A stretch of 64,000 nt of DNA, from the NCBI GenBank assembly GCA_031385045.1, contig JANNBC010000006.1, forward strand, positions 1-64,000, given 5' to 3'. The DNA comes from a bacterium (GTDB lineage: Bacteria > Bdellovibrionota_C > UBA2361 > CALJRW01). The notes under the pieces were generated by a model, which was given only the letters and a program-made list of their open reading frames with translations, was not told the origin of the DNA and did no database searches. Position numbers and translations under genes: made by a program. Of this stretch, positions 20,041 to 30,633 are shown piece by piece. Every line of letters begins with the position of its first letter. The first letter of the stretch is position 1.

Positions 20041-21201
20041 ATGAATTTACACGAATATCAATCAAAACAAGTCCTAAAAAGTTTTGGATTACCGGTCTTA
20101 AGAGGTTACCTTTGTTATACTCCAGGCGAAATTGAAGCTGCTGCTGATAATCTTGGCGGACCTGTCTGTGTGGTTAAAGCTCAGGTTCATGCAGGTGGTC
20201 GAGGAAAAGCAGGTGGAGTTAAATTGGCTAAAAGCAGTGCTGAAGCACGAGAGCTTGGATCTAAAATTTTAGGGATGAAACTTGTAACTCCGCAAACGGG
20301 CGAGGAAGGGAAGATTGTTCGTAAGGTTTATGTAGAAGATGGTTGCCAGATTGATAAAGAATTATATTTAAGTTTGTTAGTAGATCGTGCCAAGCGTTCG
20401 ATTGCAATCATTGCTTGTGCTGATGGTGGAATGGATATCGAAGAAATTGCTGAGCATACACCTGAAAAAATTATTACTCGTTTTATTGATCCGCGAGCTG
20501 GACTACAAAGTTTTCAATGTATGGAAATTGCTTTGGCTCTTGGAGTTGATATCTCTTTAACTAAAAAGTTTCAGGATATCTTAACTAAACTTTACCAAGT
20601 ATTTATTGCTAAGGATTTAGACCTGATTGAAGTTAATCCTTTAGTAATTACTAAATCAGGGGAGTTTGTAATCTTAGATGCTAAGTGTTCGGTAGATGAT
20701 AACGCTTTGTTCCGTCACCCGGAATTAAAAGAAATGGCTGATTATGATGAGATGAATGCTCGTGACTTAGCAGCTTCTAAGTTTGACTTAGCTTATGTTG
20801 GTCTTGATGGTGACATTGCTTGTATGGTCAATGGTGCTGGACTTGCCATGGCCACAATGGACATTATTAAGTTTTTCGGTGGTGAGCCAGCTAACTTTTT
20901 AGATGTTGGTGGTGGAGCTAATAAAGAAAAGGTTTCTGCTGCATTTAAAATTTTACTGTCTGATGAAAAAGTTAAAGGTATTTTAATTAATATCTTTGGT
21001 GGAATCATGCAGTGTGATGTTCTTGCCAATGGAGTAGTGGAAGCTGCTCGTGAAATTGGCGTTAAGGTTCCGCTCGTTGTTAGACTACAAGGAACAAATG
21101 TTAAAGAAGGACGTGAAATCCTAGCTAAGTCTGGATTAAATATCGTAGCAGTTGAAACAATGGAACAAGCTGCCAACCAAATTGTAAGCTTAACCAAATA
21201 A
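20041..21201 (+). CDS. sucC: Succinyl-CoA synthetase beta subunit
   Basis: MNLHEYQ, KAQVHAGGRGKAGG, NGAGLAMAT, ANFLDVGGG. Confidence 0.97.
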   Translation: MNLHEYQSKQVLKSFGLPVLRGYLCYTPGEIEAAADNLGGPVCVVKAQVHAGGRGKAGGVKLAKSSAEARELGSKILGMKLVTPQTGEEGKIVRKVYVEDGCQIDKELYLSLLVDRAKRSIAIIACADGGMDIEEIAEHTPEKIITRFIDPRAGLQSFQCMEIALALGVDISLTKKFQDILTKLYQVFIAKDLDLIEVNPLVITKSGEFVILDAKCSVDDNALFRHPELKEMADYDEMNARDLAASKFDLAYVGLDGDIACMVNGAGLAMATMDIIKFFGGEPANFLDVGGGANKEKVSAAFKILLSDEKVKGILINIFGGIMQCDVLANGVVEAAREIGVKVPLVVRLQGTNVKEGREILAKSGLNIVAVETMEQAANQIVSLTK

Positions 21202-21216
21202 CTAAATAAAGGAAAA

Positions 21217-22083
21217 ATGAGTATCTTAGTAAATAAAAATAGCCGAGTTTTAACTCAAGGAATTACTGGAAAATCAGGATCATTTCATACTAAAGCTTGC
21301 CGCGATTATGGAAGCAAAATGGTAGCAGGTGTTGGACCTGGAAAAGGTGGTAGTAACTTTGAGGGCATTCCACTTTTTAATACTGTGAAAGAAGCTAAAA
21401 AAGCAACCGATGCTGACATTAGCGTAATTTATGTTCCACCACCATTTGCCGCCGATGCCATCATGGAAGCAGTGGACGCTGAACTTGATTTAGTAATTTG
21501 TATTACAGAGGGAATTCCTGTCCTTGATATGCTTAAAGTTAAAGCATTTATGGATGGTAAAAAAACTCGCTTGATTGGACCAAACTGTCCAGGAGTTATT
21601 ACACCTGATGAGTGTAAGATTGGGATTATGCCTGGTCATATTCATAAAAAAGGACGCATCGGAGTTGTATCTAGAAGCGGAACTCTTACTTACGAAGCGG
21701 TGTTTCAATTATCAGAATTAGGACTTGGACAATCTAGTTGTGTTGGTATCGGTGGAGATCCACTTAATGGTACTAACTTTATTGATTGCTTAAGCTTGTT
21801 TAAAGATGACGAAGAAACTGATGCTATCGTCATGATTGGTGAAATCGGTGGAAGTGCCGAAGAAGAAGCTGCTGCTTGGATTAAGCAACATCTTAAAAAG
21901 CCAGTGGTTAGTTTTATCGCTGGAGCGACTGCTCCTAAAGGGCGTAAAATGGGACACGCTGGAGCAATTATCTCTGGTTCTGGTGGAACAGCAGAAGGAA
22001 AGTATGCGGCACTAGAAGAAGCTGGTGTTAAAATTTCTAAATCTCCAGCTGAGATTGGTAAAATTATGAAATCATTATTGTAA
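21217..22083 (+). CDS. sucD: Succinyl-CoA synthetase alpha subunit
   Basis: [27 protein letters not shown]. Confidence 0.97.
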   Translation: MSILVNKNSRVLTQGITGKSGSFHTKACRDYGSKMVAGVGPGKGGSNFEGIPLFNTVKEAKKATDADISVIYVPPPFAADAIMEAVDAELDLVICITEGIPVLDMLKVKAFMDGKKTRLIGPNCPGVITPDECKIGIMPGHIHKKGRIGVVSRSGTLTYEAVFQLSELGLGQSSCVGIGGDPLNGTNFIDCLSLFKDDEETDAIVMIGEIGGSAEEEAAAWIKQHLKKPVVSFIAGATAPKGRKMGHAGAIISGSGGTAEGKYAALEEAGVKISKSPAEIGKIMKSLL

Positions 22084-22087
22084 TAAA

Positions 22088-23077
22088 ATGAAAAGCATTG
22101 AATTAGTTGGTTTAGGTAACGGTATCGTTGATGCTTTGGTGGAAGTCAAAGATGACTTTTTAGCCGAGAATAATTTGGTTAAGTCCTCGATGACTCTTGT
22201 CGACAAAGAGCGACAGAGCGAGCTACTGGAGGCAGTGCAAGCAGAGTACTTAAAGATTGCCTGCGGTGGATCAGTTTGTAATACTATTTTCACCTTTGCT
22301 TCCGTCGGTGGGACTGCTGGAATGTTAACCTCAATTGGTCAGGATAATTTTGCAAATTTTTATTTAGATCAACTAAACCTACAGAATATTGCTTACGATC
22401 AGTCAGTCTCTCAATCGGCTGAGCCTACAGGAACATCATTAGTTTTAATTTCTCCTGATGGCGAAAGAACTATGTGTACTTGTTTGGCAGCAAGTGCGGA
22501 GTTCTCGGTGGATCACTTAGCCAATGACTTAATAGCTAAAGCTCAGTACATGTTGATTGAAGGTTATTTGCTAGCAAGCGAACTTGGCTGGGATGCAGTT
22601 AAAAAATCTATTCTGATCGCCAAAGCTAACCAAACAAAAATTGTTTTGACTTTGTCGGCTGAGTTTATTGTTGCTGTATTTAAAGAGCGTCTTGAGGAAA
22701 TACTTCCCGCAGTTGATTTACTTTTTGCGAATGAAGGTGAAGCCGGATTATATTTAGGATTATCGGATGCTACGATCTCGGCCGGCAGATTTGCTCAGAT
22801 TGTTCCACAAGTTGTAATTACAGCTGGTGCCGAAGGATCTTATTATGCAACTGGAAGCGAATTAATTCATGTTCCTTCGATTACTTGTCAGCCTGTTGAT
22901 TTAACAGGAGCAGGGGATTCATTTGCTGCCGGATACTTATCTGGAATTACAAAAGGTCTTTCACCTCAAAAGTCATTAGAATTAGGCACTTATCTAGCTT
23001 ATCGGGTAATAACTCAGTTGGGCGCTCGCTTAGATGATTTATCTCTTGATGAGTTACGGAATAAGTCCTATCTATAG
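22088..23077 (+). CDS. PfkB-family kinase (adenosine kinase-like)
   Basis: GNGIVD, GGSVCNT, DGERTM, ANE.E, DLTGAGDSFAAG. Confidence 0.85.
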   Translation: MKSIELVGLGNGIVDALVEVKDDFLAENNLVKSSMTLVDKERQSELLEAVQAEYLKIACGGSVCNTIFTFASVGGTAGMLTSIGQDNFANFYLDQLNLQNIAYDQSVSQSAEPTGTSLVLISPDGERTMCTCLAASAEFSVDHLANDLIAKAQYMLIEGYLLASELGWDAVKKSILIAKANQTKIVLTLSAEFIVAVFKERLEEILPAVDLLFANEGEAGLYLGLSDATISAGRFAQIVPQVVITAGAEGSYYATGSELIHVPSITCQPVDLTGAGDSFAAGYLSGITKGLSPQKSLELGTYLAYRVITQLGARLDDLSLDELRNKSYL

Positions 23078-23195
23078 GAAATGTCCTTATTTGCTCTAAA
23101 TAATTCAATTAAATCGATTAGTTGTTTTTTGCTTGGAATCATTTCTCACTTGAAGCGTGAATTAGATAAGAGGTCTTTAGTTCTGGAGGGTTTTA

Positions 23196-24392
23196 ATGTC
23201 GTTTAATATTTTCAAGCTATCTTCCAAACTATTGCTACCATTAATTGCCTTAGTAATAATTATTTTCTTAATTTTTCTTCCAGAAATTATTGGAATTAAA
23301 ACAATTGAGAAACAGGAAGATGCTGTTGAAAAGACTAATCAAGTTGCTAAGGATTTAGATCAAGCGGAAGAGAGTCTAAGACCAGTGGCTTCCGAGGCTA
23401 AAGGCGTGACTCCAGTTGCCGAAGATCCTGGGTTTGAAGGTTTGGGCTTAAAAATTGGTCGTTTTTTAAGTGAGCGGACTGGGAAAAATAAATCTGGAAT
23501 TCAAGGTTCTAATCAGCCAGCGACTCCCTCCGCGATTAGTAAAGTAAAATATACTGCCGATCAATTAAATACTTGGGCAGCATTAGCGGATCCTAATATT
23601 CAGAATCATTTAAGAATTAATCTTCAACAATTAGATATTGTGCTCACAAATGTCAGTGTCCGTTATCAAAATTCTCGTAAAGATTTATTAAAATTTAAAG
23701 AAATTCTTTATTCATTAACTCAAGCAAAAGAAGAAAAATCACCTAACCCGCAAGTCCTACTTCAAAAACTAGAGAATCAAGATCTCCAAGTTACGACTAG
23801 CCTCCTCAAAGAGCTTGTTCCCATGGAACTTCTAGAGCTTTGGGCTAATGTAAACTTAAGCAGTTTTTATGAAAGTAATTTGCCACAAAAATTAAAGTTA
23901 CTAACAATCTCTAGCTTTAATCCAAGAATGCAAATTCATGATGCGACCTACTATATCCTAAAGAAGTCCCCAAAAGAGGAGGCTAAATTGCAATCAATTG
24001 GACTTAACTTTGCCTTACTTCGAGATGGAATTACGGCAGTCAAAGTTTTTAAAAATAATATCTTTGTAACTAAAATGACGTTACTAAACGATCGCCGTAA
24101 TCCAGAATGGGGAACCTTTCACTTTGATGTTAGTAGTGGAAAAGATATCTATTCGATCTATATTTATGGACGAAATAATCAGAGCTTTGTAAAGCACTAT
24201 CGTTTTTCTAATAACTTTGAAACGCTTAGTTTAAAAGAAAAGGAAGTGAAGAAGCATACTAACTTAAGGTTACTTTATGCTTCAGCAGAGGATAATACTG
24301 TTGGCCAGCTTAACTTAATTGATGAACTCTATGCCCTTCAGCCTAAACTTGATCATCAAAAGGTCGAAATGGCTGACATGGAAAAGTTCTAG
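23196..24392 (+). CDS. Hypothetical membrane-anchored protein
   Basis: 398-aa ORF with N-terminal TM segment and GGAGG SD; no recognisable motif. Confidence 0.7.
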   Translation: MSFNIFKLSSKLLLPLIALVIIIFLIFLPEIIGIKTIEKQEDAVEKTNQVAKDLDQAEESLRPVASEAKGVTPVAEDPGFEGLGLKIGRFLSERTGKNKSGIQGSNQPATPSAISKVKYTADQLNTWAALADPNIQNHLRINLQQLDIVLTNVSVRYQNSRKDLLKFKEILYSLTQAKEEKSPNPQVLLQKLENQDLQVTTSLLKELVPMELLELWANVNLSSFYESNLPQKLKLLTISSFNPRMQIHDATYYILKKSPKEEAKLQSIGLNFALLRDGITAVKVFKNNIFVTKMTLLNDRRNPEWGTFHFDVSSGKDIYSIYIYGRNNQSFVKHYRFSNNFETLSLKEKEVKKHTNLRLLYASAEDNTVGQLNLIDELYALQPKLDHQKVEMADMEKF

Positions 24393-24409
24393 ACTCTGCT
24401 CAACAAATC

Positions 24410-25162
24410 TTAACTATTCTCCGAAATCTTATAAAGCTCGAGGAATTGTTCATACTTCAAACTGGCTCCACCTACTAGAGCACCAGAGATGCCCTGAACC
24501 GCTAAGATTTGTTGATAGTTATCTGGTTTTACACTACCACCGTAAAGAATTGGCGGCTTACAAAAAGGTTTAGTGTTTTTAACAATCTCGTTAATCTCAG
24601 ACACGGAGTCTTTGATGTCTTGAATAGTTGCTACTTTTCCAGTGCCGATTGCCCAAACTGGTTCATAGGCTAAGATTAATTGTTCTTGGTTCTTTTCATT
24701 GATTAGTTCCATGATTGGTAAAAGTTGATCAAGCAAAACTTGACTGCGAAGCCCAGCTTCTTTTTCTGCTAAAGTCTCACCAAAGCAATAAACTAATTTT
24801 AGTTGGTAATCCAGAACACCACTAGATCTTTTATTAATTAGATCTTGTGATTCGTTAAGTAGATGGCGACACTCAGAATGCCCAGTCAAGCTAAAAGAGC
24901 AACCGATAGTTTTTAACATTGCGGCGGAAACTTCCCCTGTAAATGCTCCGTCTTTTTCATGATGGGCATTTTGGCTACCAATCCAAAGATTATTATGTAG
25001 ACTTTCTGCTAGTACAGCTGAAATTGCTAAAAATGTTGGAGCGATTCCAACTTGTGTCTGCTTAGAATTTTTAGTTAAAGTGGCATATTGAGAAATAAGA
25101 TTTGTTGCTTCTTCTGGAAGTAGGTTCATCTTCCAATTACCAATTAGTAGGTGCTTGCTCAT
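24410..25162 (-). CDS. tpiA: Triosephosphate isomerase
   Basis: GNWKMN, GAFTGE, GHSE, AYEPVWAIGTG, YGGSV, LVGGAS. Confidence 0.96.
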   Translation of the reverse strand: MSKHLLIGNWKMNLLPEEATNLISQYATLTKNSKQTQVGIAPTFLAISAVLAESLHNNLWIGSQNAHHEKDGAFTGEVSAAMLKTIGCSFSLTGHSECRHLLNESQDLINKRSSGVLDYQLKLVYCFGETLAEKEAGLRSQVLLDQLLPIMELINEKNQEQLILAYEPVWAIGTGKVATIQDIKDSVSEINEIVKNTKPFCKPPILYGGSVKPDNYQQILAVQGISGALVGGASLKYEQFLELYKISENS

Positions 25163-25202
25163 TGCTTATAATAAATAAATTTTAATTACTAGAAATTTAG
25201 AG

Positions 25203-25231
25203 TGGTGAGCTACAAGATCTGCAACTCACCA
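25203..25231 (-). terminator. Hairpin between gap and tpiA
   Basis: Minus strand tggtgagttgca-gatct-tgtagctcacca with G-U pairs. Confidence 0.5.
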
Positions 25232-25257
25232 AAGTTTGTTTAAAACAATAACTGCTA

Positions 25258-26271
25258 TTAAAATTTACTAGCAACTAACTTACAAACATCTAACATTCGG
25301 TTAGAAAAGCCCATTTCATTATCGTACCAAGATACTACCTTCAACATGTTTTTGTTGATTACTAAAGTGCAATCAGCATCAATAATTGAAGAATGTGTGT
25401 TACCAACATAGTCAATAGATACTAGTGGTTCTTCACAGTATCCCAAGATTCCTTTTAGAGTTGTTTCTGAGGCTTTTTTCAAGGCAGCTTTTACTTCCTC
25501 AACAGTTGTTTCTTTTTTCACAATACAAACAAAGTCAGTTAAAGAAACATCTGGTGTTGGTACACGAACAGAAAATCCATCAACTTTACCTTTTAACTGA
25601 GGAAGAACTAATCCTACCGCCTTAGCAGCACCAGTCGTTGTTGGGATCATTGATAGGGCTGCAGCACGAGCACGTCGTAAATCTTTATGAGGTAAATCCA
25701 AGATGCTTTGATCATTGGTGTAAGAGTGAATTGTTGTCATTGTTCCGCTAACAATTCCAAAGCTTTCATCAATAACTTTAGCCATTGGTGCTAAGCAGTT
25801 TGTTGTACAAGAAGCACAACTAATCACGTGGTGATTAGCTGGTTCGTAAGCTTCGCTATTTACGCCAAAAGCGATCGTTAGATCTGGATCCGCAGAGGGA
25901 GCTGAAATCAAGACTTTCTTGCATCCACCTTGAAGGTGCTTTCCAGCCATTTCTTTCGAAGTAAAGATACCGGTACATTCTAAAACGACATCAACTTCTA
26001 GGGATTTCCAGGGCAAATTCGCCGGATCTCTTTCTGATAAAATTTTAATTTGCTTACCGTTAACAATAATTGATTTTTCGTCATGTGTTACTTCACCTTC
26101 AAATTTACCATGAATTGAATCATATTTTAATAGGTGAGCAAGAGTCTTTGCATCAGTAAGATCGTTAATTGCTACTAGTTCAAAGTCAAACTCTTTCTTT
26201 CGTTTTTCAAGGCTCCGAAAAACATTTCGTCCAATTCGTCCAAAGCCATTAATTCCAATTCTTGTAGTCAT
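25258..26271 (-). CDS. gap: Glyceraldehyde-3-phosphate dehydrogenase, type I
   Basis: [24 protein letters not shown]. Confidence 0.97.
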   Translation of the reverse strand: MTTRIGINGFGRIGRNVFRSLEKRKKEFDFELVAINDLTDAKTLAHLLKYDSIHGKFEGEVTHDEKSIIVNGKQIKILSERDPANLPWKSLEVDVVLECTGIFTSKEMAGKHLQGGCKKVLISAPSADPDLTIAFGVNSEAYEPANHHVISCASCTTNCLAPMAKVIDESFGIVSGTMTTIHSYTNDQSILDLPHKDLRRARAAALSMIPTTTGAAKAVGLVLPQLKGKVDGFSVRVPTPDVSLTDFVCIVKKETTVEEVKAALKKASETTLKGILGYCEEPLVSIDYVGNTHSSIIDADCTLVINKNMLKVVSWYDNEMGFSNRMLDVCKLVASKF

Positions 26272-26668
26272 TTTAATTCCTGTAAAACATAATGGTTGCT
26301 TAACGTAACTTAAGTGAATCTAGAAATTACTGTTAAGAGCCAGTTATAGGCAGTGTTATTTGTCGAGATATCCTAATTTAGAAAATTACTAAAAAACCAG
26401 GCTGACAATTCAGATTTTGCTAAATAATAGTGGGGAAATGACCTGACTGTCAATCATTCTAAATCATTTTTTTGATGTCATCTGCGAGTAATTTTAAGCC
26501 AGAGCTATTGTGATTTTAAGTTACTTATAGCATTATCAGAACATCTGAACTGTGATTATTGTTAATTTTTTCAATAGCTTCATTCTGATTCAGACTTAGA
26601 TTAATATCAAAAATTACAAGATAAAATTAAAATTATTAGAGACGCTGTTTTTTAATTAAAATTTACCC

Positions 26669-27370
26669 ATGACTACTACTTCTGGCTCCGCCAATATTGT
26701 TGCAATGATTCAATCTTCAGGACTAATTGTTCAGTTGGTTTTATTTATTTTGATTTTTCTATCAATTTTTAGTTGGGCAATCACTATTTCCAAGATTTTA
26801 CAGTACACGAAAGCTCGCAAGACTTCTAAAGAATTTGCTAAGATTTTCTGGGAGTCTCGAAACTTTACGAAAGTAGCAGATGCCTGTGAAGAGCTTTCTG
26901 CTAGCCCATTAGCCCAAGTTTTTTCTGCAGGCTATAAAGAGCTATCCAATATTTTAGAAGACGAAAAAGATAATCAGGCCGATGCGTCACCAACTAGTAA
27001 AGAAGCTAAACTTTCTGTTCTTGCTTCATCCATGGAAAGGTCACAGTACGAAGAAAGTCTACGTTTAGAGCGTGGACTAACATTCTTAGCCAGTGTTTCT
27101 ACTTCAGCTCCATTTATCGGACTATTTGGAACAGTTTGGGGAATCATGAATGCTTTCCACGGACTTAGTCAATCTACAACAACTAGTATTCAAGCCGTAG
27201 CGCCAGGTATCTCGGAAGCTTTGATTGCAACAGCAATAGGTTTGGCGGCAGCAATTCCTTCGGCAGTAGCCTATAACTATTTTGCAGTTGGTGTTAAAAA
27301 TTTTCGTGAAAATATGCATAAATTTTCTAATGAATTTATCAGTATTGCTGAACGATATTTCGTTAAATAA
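26669..27370 (+). CDS. tolQ: TolQ (MotA/TolQ/ExbB family)
   Basis: APFIGLFGTVWGIM, VAPGISEALIATA; first gene of the tol-pal cluster. Confidence 0.92.
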   Translation: MTTTSGSANIVAMIQSSGLIVQLVLFILIFLSIFSWAITISKILQYTKARKTSKEFAKIFWESRNFTKVADACEELSASPLAQVFSAGYKELSNILEDEKDNQADASPTSKEAKLSVLASSMERSQYEESLRLERGLTFLASVSTSAPFIGLFGTVWGIMNAFHGLSQSTTTSIQAVAPGISEALIATAIGLAAAIPSAVAYNYFAVGVKNFRENMHKFSNEFISIAERYFVK

Positions 27371-27389
27371 CTTTATTAATTAAATTACC

Positions 27390-27824
27390 ATGGCCGGTGG
27401 ACCGACTAGTTTTGATGGACCTGTAGCAGCAATTAACGTGACTCCTTTGGTGGATGTAATGTTAGTACTGTTGGTAATTTTTATGGTAACAACACCGATG
27501 ATTCAGCAAGGGGTGGACGTTAAATTGCCCAAAGCTGCAACCGGAAACCTTAGTGGAAGTGACGAGCAGATTGTAGTTTCTATTGATAGCGCTGGAAAGG
27601 TCTATGTGGGTAGTGAGAACGAAGTCACATTAGAAGAGCTCAGCCCTAGGATTAAGAAGATTATGGAATCAAAGAAATCTGAGGGGAATAAGGTCTATGT
27701 TAAAGCAGATGAAGCTATCGATTATGGTCAAGTAATGAAAGTGATGTCCGCACTATATCAAGGTGGGATTACTGAAGTTGGTCTTGTAACTGATTTACCG
27801 GAAGGTCCAGAAGGTGCCAAATAG
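27390..27824 (+). CDS. tolR: TolR (ExbD/TolR family)
   Basis: INVTPLVDVMLVLLVIFMVT, KAD..IDYG.V. Confidence 0.92.
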   Translation: MAGGPTSFDGPVAAINVTPLVDVMLVLLVIFMVTTPMIQQGVDVKLPKAATGNLSGSDEQIVVSIDSAGKVYVGSENEVTLEELSPRIKKIMESKKSEGNKVYVKADEAIDYGQVMKVMSALYQGGITEVGLVTDLPEGPEGAK

Positions 27825-28750
27825 TGTCCTCATATGACGTTAAAGCCAAAGCTGAATATTTAAATTGGGGCCTAGCTCTCTCGGTTCTTTTGCATGCGCT
27901 TTTAGTTCTTCAGATCTTTTCTAAGACATCTTTTACTAATGATAAACTTCCACCTAAGGTAATTTACTCTGTCAGTGTTGAGGGCGGTAAGAATCTAGGC
28001 GGAATTGCGCAGTTACCTGATCCAAAAAACAAAGCTGATATTGCTCCGCCTAAAAAAGTAAGTCCTAAACAAGCGACACCTCCACCAGTGACCAAAAAAG
28101 AAGAAGTTGTTGTTCCAAAGAAGGAAGAGAAGAAGCCAGAAGTAAAACCTGAGCCGAAGAAAGAAGCGCCAGTTATTAAAAAAGAAGAGCCTAAAAAGGT
28201 TGAACCAAAAAAAGAAGAAGTTAAAAAAGAGGAGCCTGTAAAGAAAGAGGAAGTTAAAAAAGTCGAAGATGTTAAAAAGACTGAAGATTCCAAGAAAACA
28301 GCTGATTCTAAAAAAGAAACAAAAACACCTCCCAAAAAAGAAGTAGCTAAAGAAGAAAACTATGAAGATGCTCTTCAAAAGTATTTAGGAGAGTCTACCA
28401 ATGCCGGAGGTCAAGGATTTGGCTCTGCTGGTACTGGTGGAAAAGGACTTGGTGGTGGAGTCATTAAGTCTCCGGCCTGGTTTAAATATAAAGAAGAATT
28501 AGAGACTCTAATTAAAAAGGGTTGGAATTGGCATGATCCTGCTAGTTCTTTAATTGCCTCAGTAAGTTTTAAGATTAGTCCTACTGGAGAGATCTCTGAT
28601 GTTCGAATTGTTCAGACTTCTGGAGATAGTAAATTTGATGATTCAGCCGTTCGTGCCGTGACAAAAGCTACTCCAGTTCCAGCAGCCTTGCCTGAAATTT
28701 ATGAAGACTTCAAAGAGGTTATTTTAGATTTTGAGCCTGGGAAATATTAA
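27824..28750 (+). CDS. tolA: TolA/TonB-family energy transducer
   Basis: S..LH TM motif, K/E/P-rich spacer, C-terminal SG...FD.SA.RAV domain. Confidence 0.85.
   Translation: MSSYDVKAKAEYLNWGLALSVLLHALLVLQIFSKTSFTNDKLPPKVIYSVSVEGGKNLGGIAQLPDPKNKADIAPPKKVSPKQATPPPVTKKEEVVVPKKEEKKPEVKPEPKKEAPVIKKEEPKKVEPKKEEVKKEEPVKKEEVKKVEDVKKTEDSKKTADSKKETKTPPKKEVAKEENYEDALQKYLGESTNAGGQGFGSAGTGGKGLGGGVIKSPAWFKYKEELETLIKKGWNWHDPASSLIASVSFKISPTGEISDVRIVQTSGDSKFDDSAVRAVTKATPVPAALPEIYEDFKEVILDFEPGKY
28090..28350 (+). repeat. Low-complexity KKEE-type coding repeats in TolA
   Basis: Repeated (P/V)KKEE units. Confidence 0.7.
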
Positions 28751-28765
28751 TTAGCATTTTTGAGT

Positions 28766-29012
28766 ATACTAATGCCCATTAGGTTTTACCGAAATGCTAG
28801 GAAAAGTGCGTCCCCCTTCGCTAAAGCTATGGAGGACAAGGAACGCATTTTTATTCATTGGGGTTTTAGTCTATTTGTCCTCCCCAGTATTGAGCCTTAT
28901 AAAATAAGGCTCAATACTTTAGCGACCCCCAAGGGTCGCTTCGAGTGCTTCGCACTTGAGATACTAAGCGCCTTTGTATTTTTCGGTAATTTTAAATGTC
29001 GCTTAGTATCTC
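28766..29012. mobile_element. Composite multi-hairpin MITE/REP-like element between tolA and tolB
   Basis: Imperfect 29-bp outer inverted repeat (20/29) enclosing at least five hairpins, including 15-bp and 13-bp perfect stems. Confidence 0.7.
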
Positions 29013-29166
29013 TTCTAGATTTTAGAGGTTAATTACTTAAGAGCTGTTTCGCTTCACTCCGAATATTGCTAAAGTTGTTTTCTCGATTTATTTTTTAGTT
29101 GTTCTCTATTAGCTTTTTTTCGCAAGCCAAACAGGGAATCTTTTTTATATATATTTTTTAGTTAAA

Positions 29167-30459
29167 ATGAAATTTCAGAATTTTTTAATAGTTCCAATTT
29201 TTTTCTTTGGTTTAGTGCTTAATTTAAGTGCTCAAACCAGACTCTCTGTTAGTGGCTCTAGTCGCTTATATCCTTTAGCGATACCACAACTTTGCGGGAA
29301 GGGTGCAAATGCAGAAAGCACTAAAGAAGTTTCTCGTATTATTACTAGAGATTTAACAATGTCTGGGTATTTTGATATTTTAAATTCGGAATCTTATATC
29401 GAAACACCTGGGAAGTGTGGTGATACTTTTGCTTTTAGTGATTGGAGTGTTCTGGGCGTTGACGGCCTGGTTAAAGGTGAGATTGAGCAGACTGGGCAAC
29501 AAATTAAAGTTCGTCTTTTTCTTCATGATGTTCAACTTCAAAAGCTAGAATTAGCGAAAGAGTATAGTGGGGATGTCGCTCATTTACGAGATATTGCCCA
29601 TAAATTTTCAAATGAAATCTTAAAGTATTTTACTGGTGAATTTGGCCCGTTTGGCACTAAGATTGCCTATTCGCAGAGAGTCGGTCGTTTTAAAGAAATC
29701 TTTGTGATGGATTTAGATGGCGCTAACGTTAGACAGCTGACTAGTGATAATGGTTTAGCACTATCTAGCTCTTGGAGCCCTGATCATCAGACACTTTTAT
29801 TCACCAACTTTCAAAATAGACAACCAGATCTATTCTCGATCGATTATGTCACTCGTCGTCAGCAAAAACTAACTAACACTACGCAACAAGAGCTAGGTGG
29901 TAAGTTTAGTCCTGATGGCAGTAAGATTCTAGTGGCACGTTCCGAGGGGCAAAAATCTGATCTATTTCTTTTAGATAAGAATGGTCGAGATCTAAATAAG
30001 TTGACTAGAAATTATGCTAGTATTGATGTTTCTCCTGATTGGTCTCCCGATGGTAGTAAGATAGTCTTTACATCTAACAGATCTGGTGGACCTCAGATCT
30101 ATACCATGGCATCTGACGGCTCTGGAGCTCGTCGTATTAGCTATGTATCTTCTAATTACTGTACTAGCCCAGTTTGGTCTCCTAAGGGTGATAAGATTGC
30201 TTATGTCTGTCGTTCTGAAGGAAAGCATAACATCTTCGTTAGTAATGCTGATGGAACTCAACCATCTCAATTAACCTCAACTGGTAGTAACGAAGATCCT
30301 TCATGGTCTCCTGATGGTCGTTATTTAGTTTTCTGCTCAACTTCATTTGGTGGGGCTTATCAATTAGGTATGATTCGCCTAGATGGTGCGAATATGATTC
30401 AGGTAAATCAAAGCCAATCTGGTAGTTTTGACCCTAGTTGGTCAACCTGGATTAACTAA
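29167..30459 (+). CDS. tolB: Tol-Pal beta-propeller protein TolB
   Basis: Signal peptide, TolB N-domain, repeated P.WSPDG (PD40) motifs. Confidence 0.93.
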   Translation: MKFQNFLIVPIFFFGLVLNLSAQTRLSVSGSSRLYPLAIPQLCGKGANAESTKEVSRIITRDLTMSGYFDILNSESYIETPGKCGDTFAFSDWSVLGVDGLVKGEIEQTGQQIKVRLFLHDVQLQKLELAKEYSGDVAHLRDIAHKFSNEILKYFTGEFGPFGTKIAYSQRVGRFKEIFVMDLDGANVRQLTSDNGLALSSSWSPDHQTLLFTNFQNRQPDLFSIDYVTRRQQKLTNTTQQELGGKFSPDGSKILVARSEGQKSDLFLLDKNGRDLNKLTRNYASIDVSPDWSPDGSKIVFTSNRSGGPQIYTMASDGSGARRISYVSSNYCTSPVWSPKGDKIAYVCRSEGKHNIFVSNADGTQPSQLTSTGSNEDPSWSPDGRYLVFCSTSFGGAYQLGMIRLDGANMIQVNQSQSGSFDPSWSTWIN

Positions 30460-30482
30460 ATCTACTACTAACAGTTTGCTTG

Positions 30483-30519
30483 CTAATTAAACAGGAAGGG
30501 AGCCTTCCTGTTTAATTAG
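30483..30519 (+). terminator. Intrinsic terminator-like hairpin after tolB
   Basis: 17-bp perfect stem ctaattaaacaggaagg / ccttcctgtttaattag. Confidence 0.75.
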
Positions 30520-30633
30520 AGTTATTTGATAATAGGCACTTCTTTTTAGAGATTCTTAAAAATCTGTCTTTCTCCGCATTCAATTACCGATTGACTGTTT
30601 ACAGAATTATTTACATAAGCTATTAATATCCCT

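Noticed and set aside
26272..26668. About 400-bp gap/tolQ intergenic region as ncRNA or small gene
   Set aside because: No convincing stem, repeat or ORF seen; consistent with divergent promoters
27964..28378. Two Phe/Ser-rich antisense ORFs
   Set aside because: They are shadows of the low-complexity K/E/P region of tolA
28760..29032. 90-aa ORF between tolA and tolB as a protein gene
   Set aside because: TTG start, no SD, and it coincides with the palindromic element; treated as a property of the repeat
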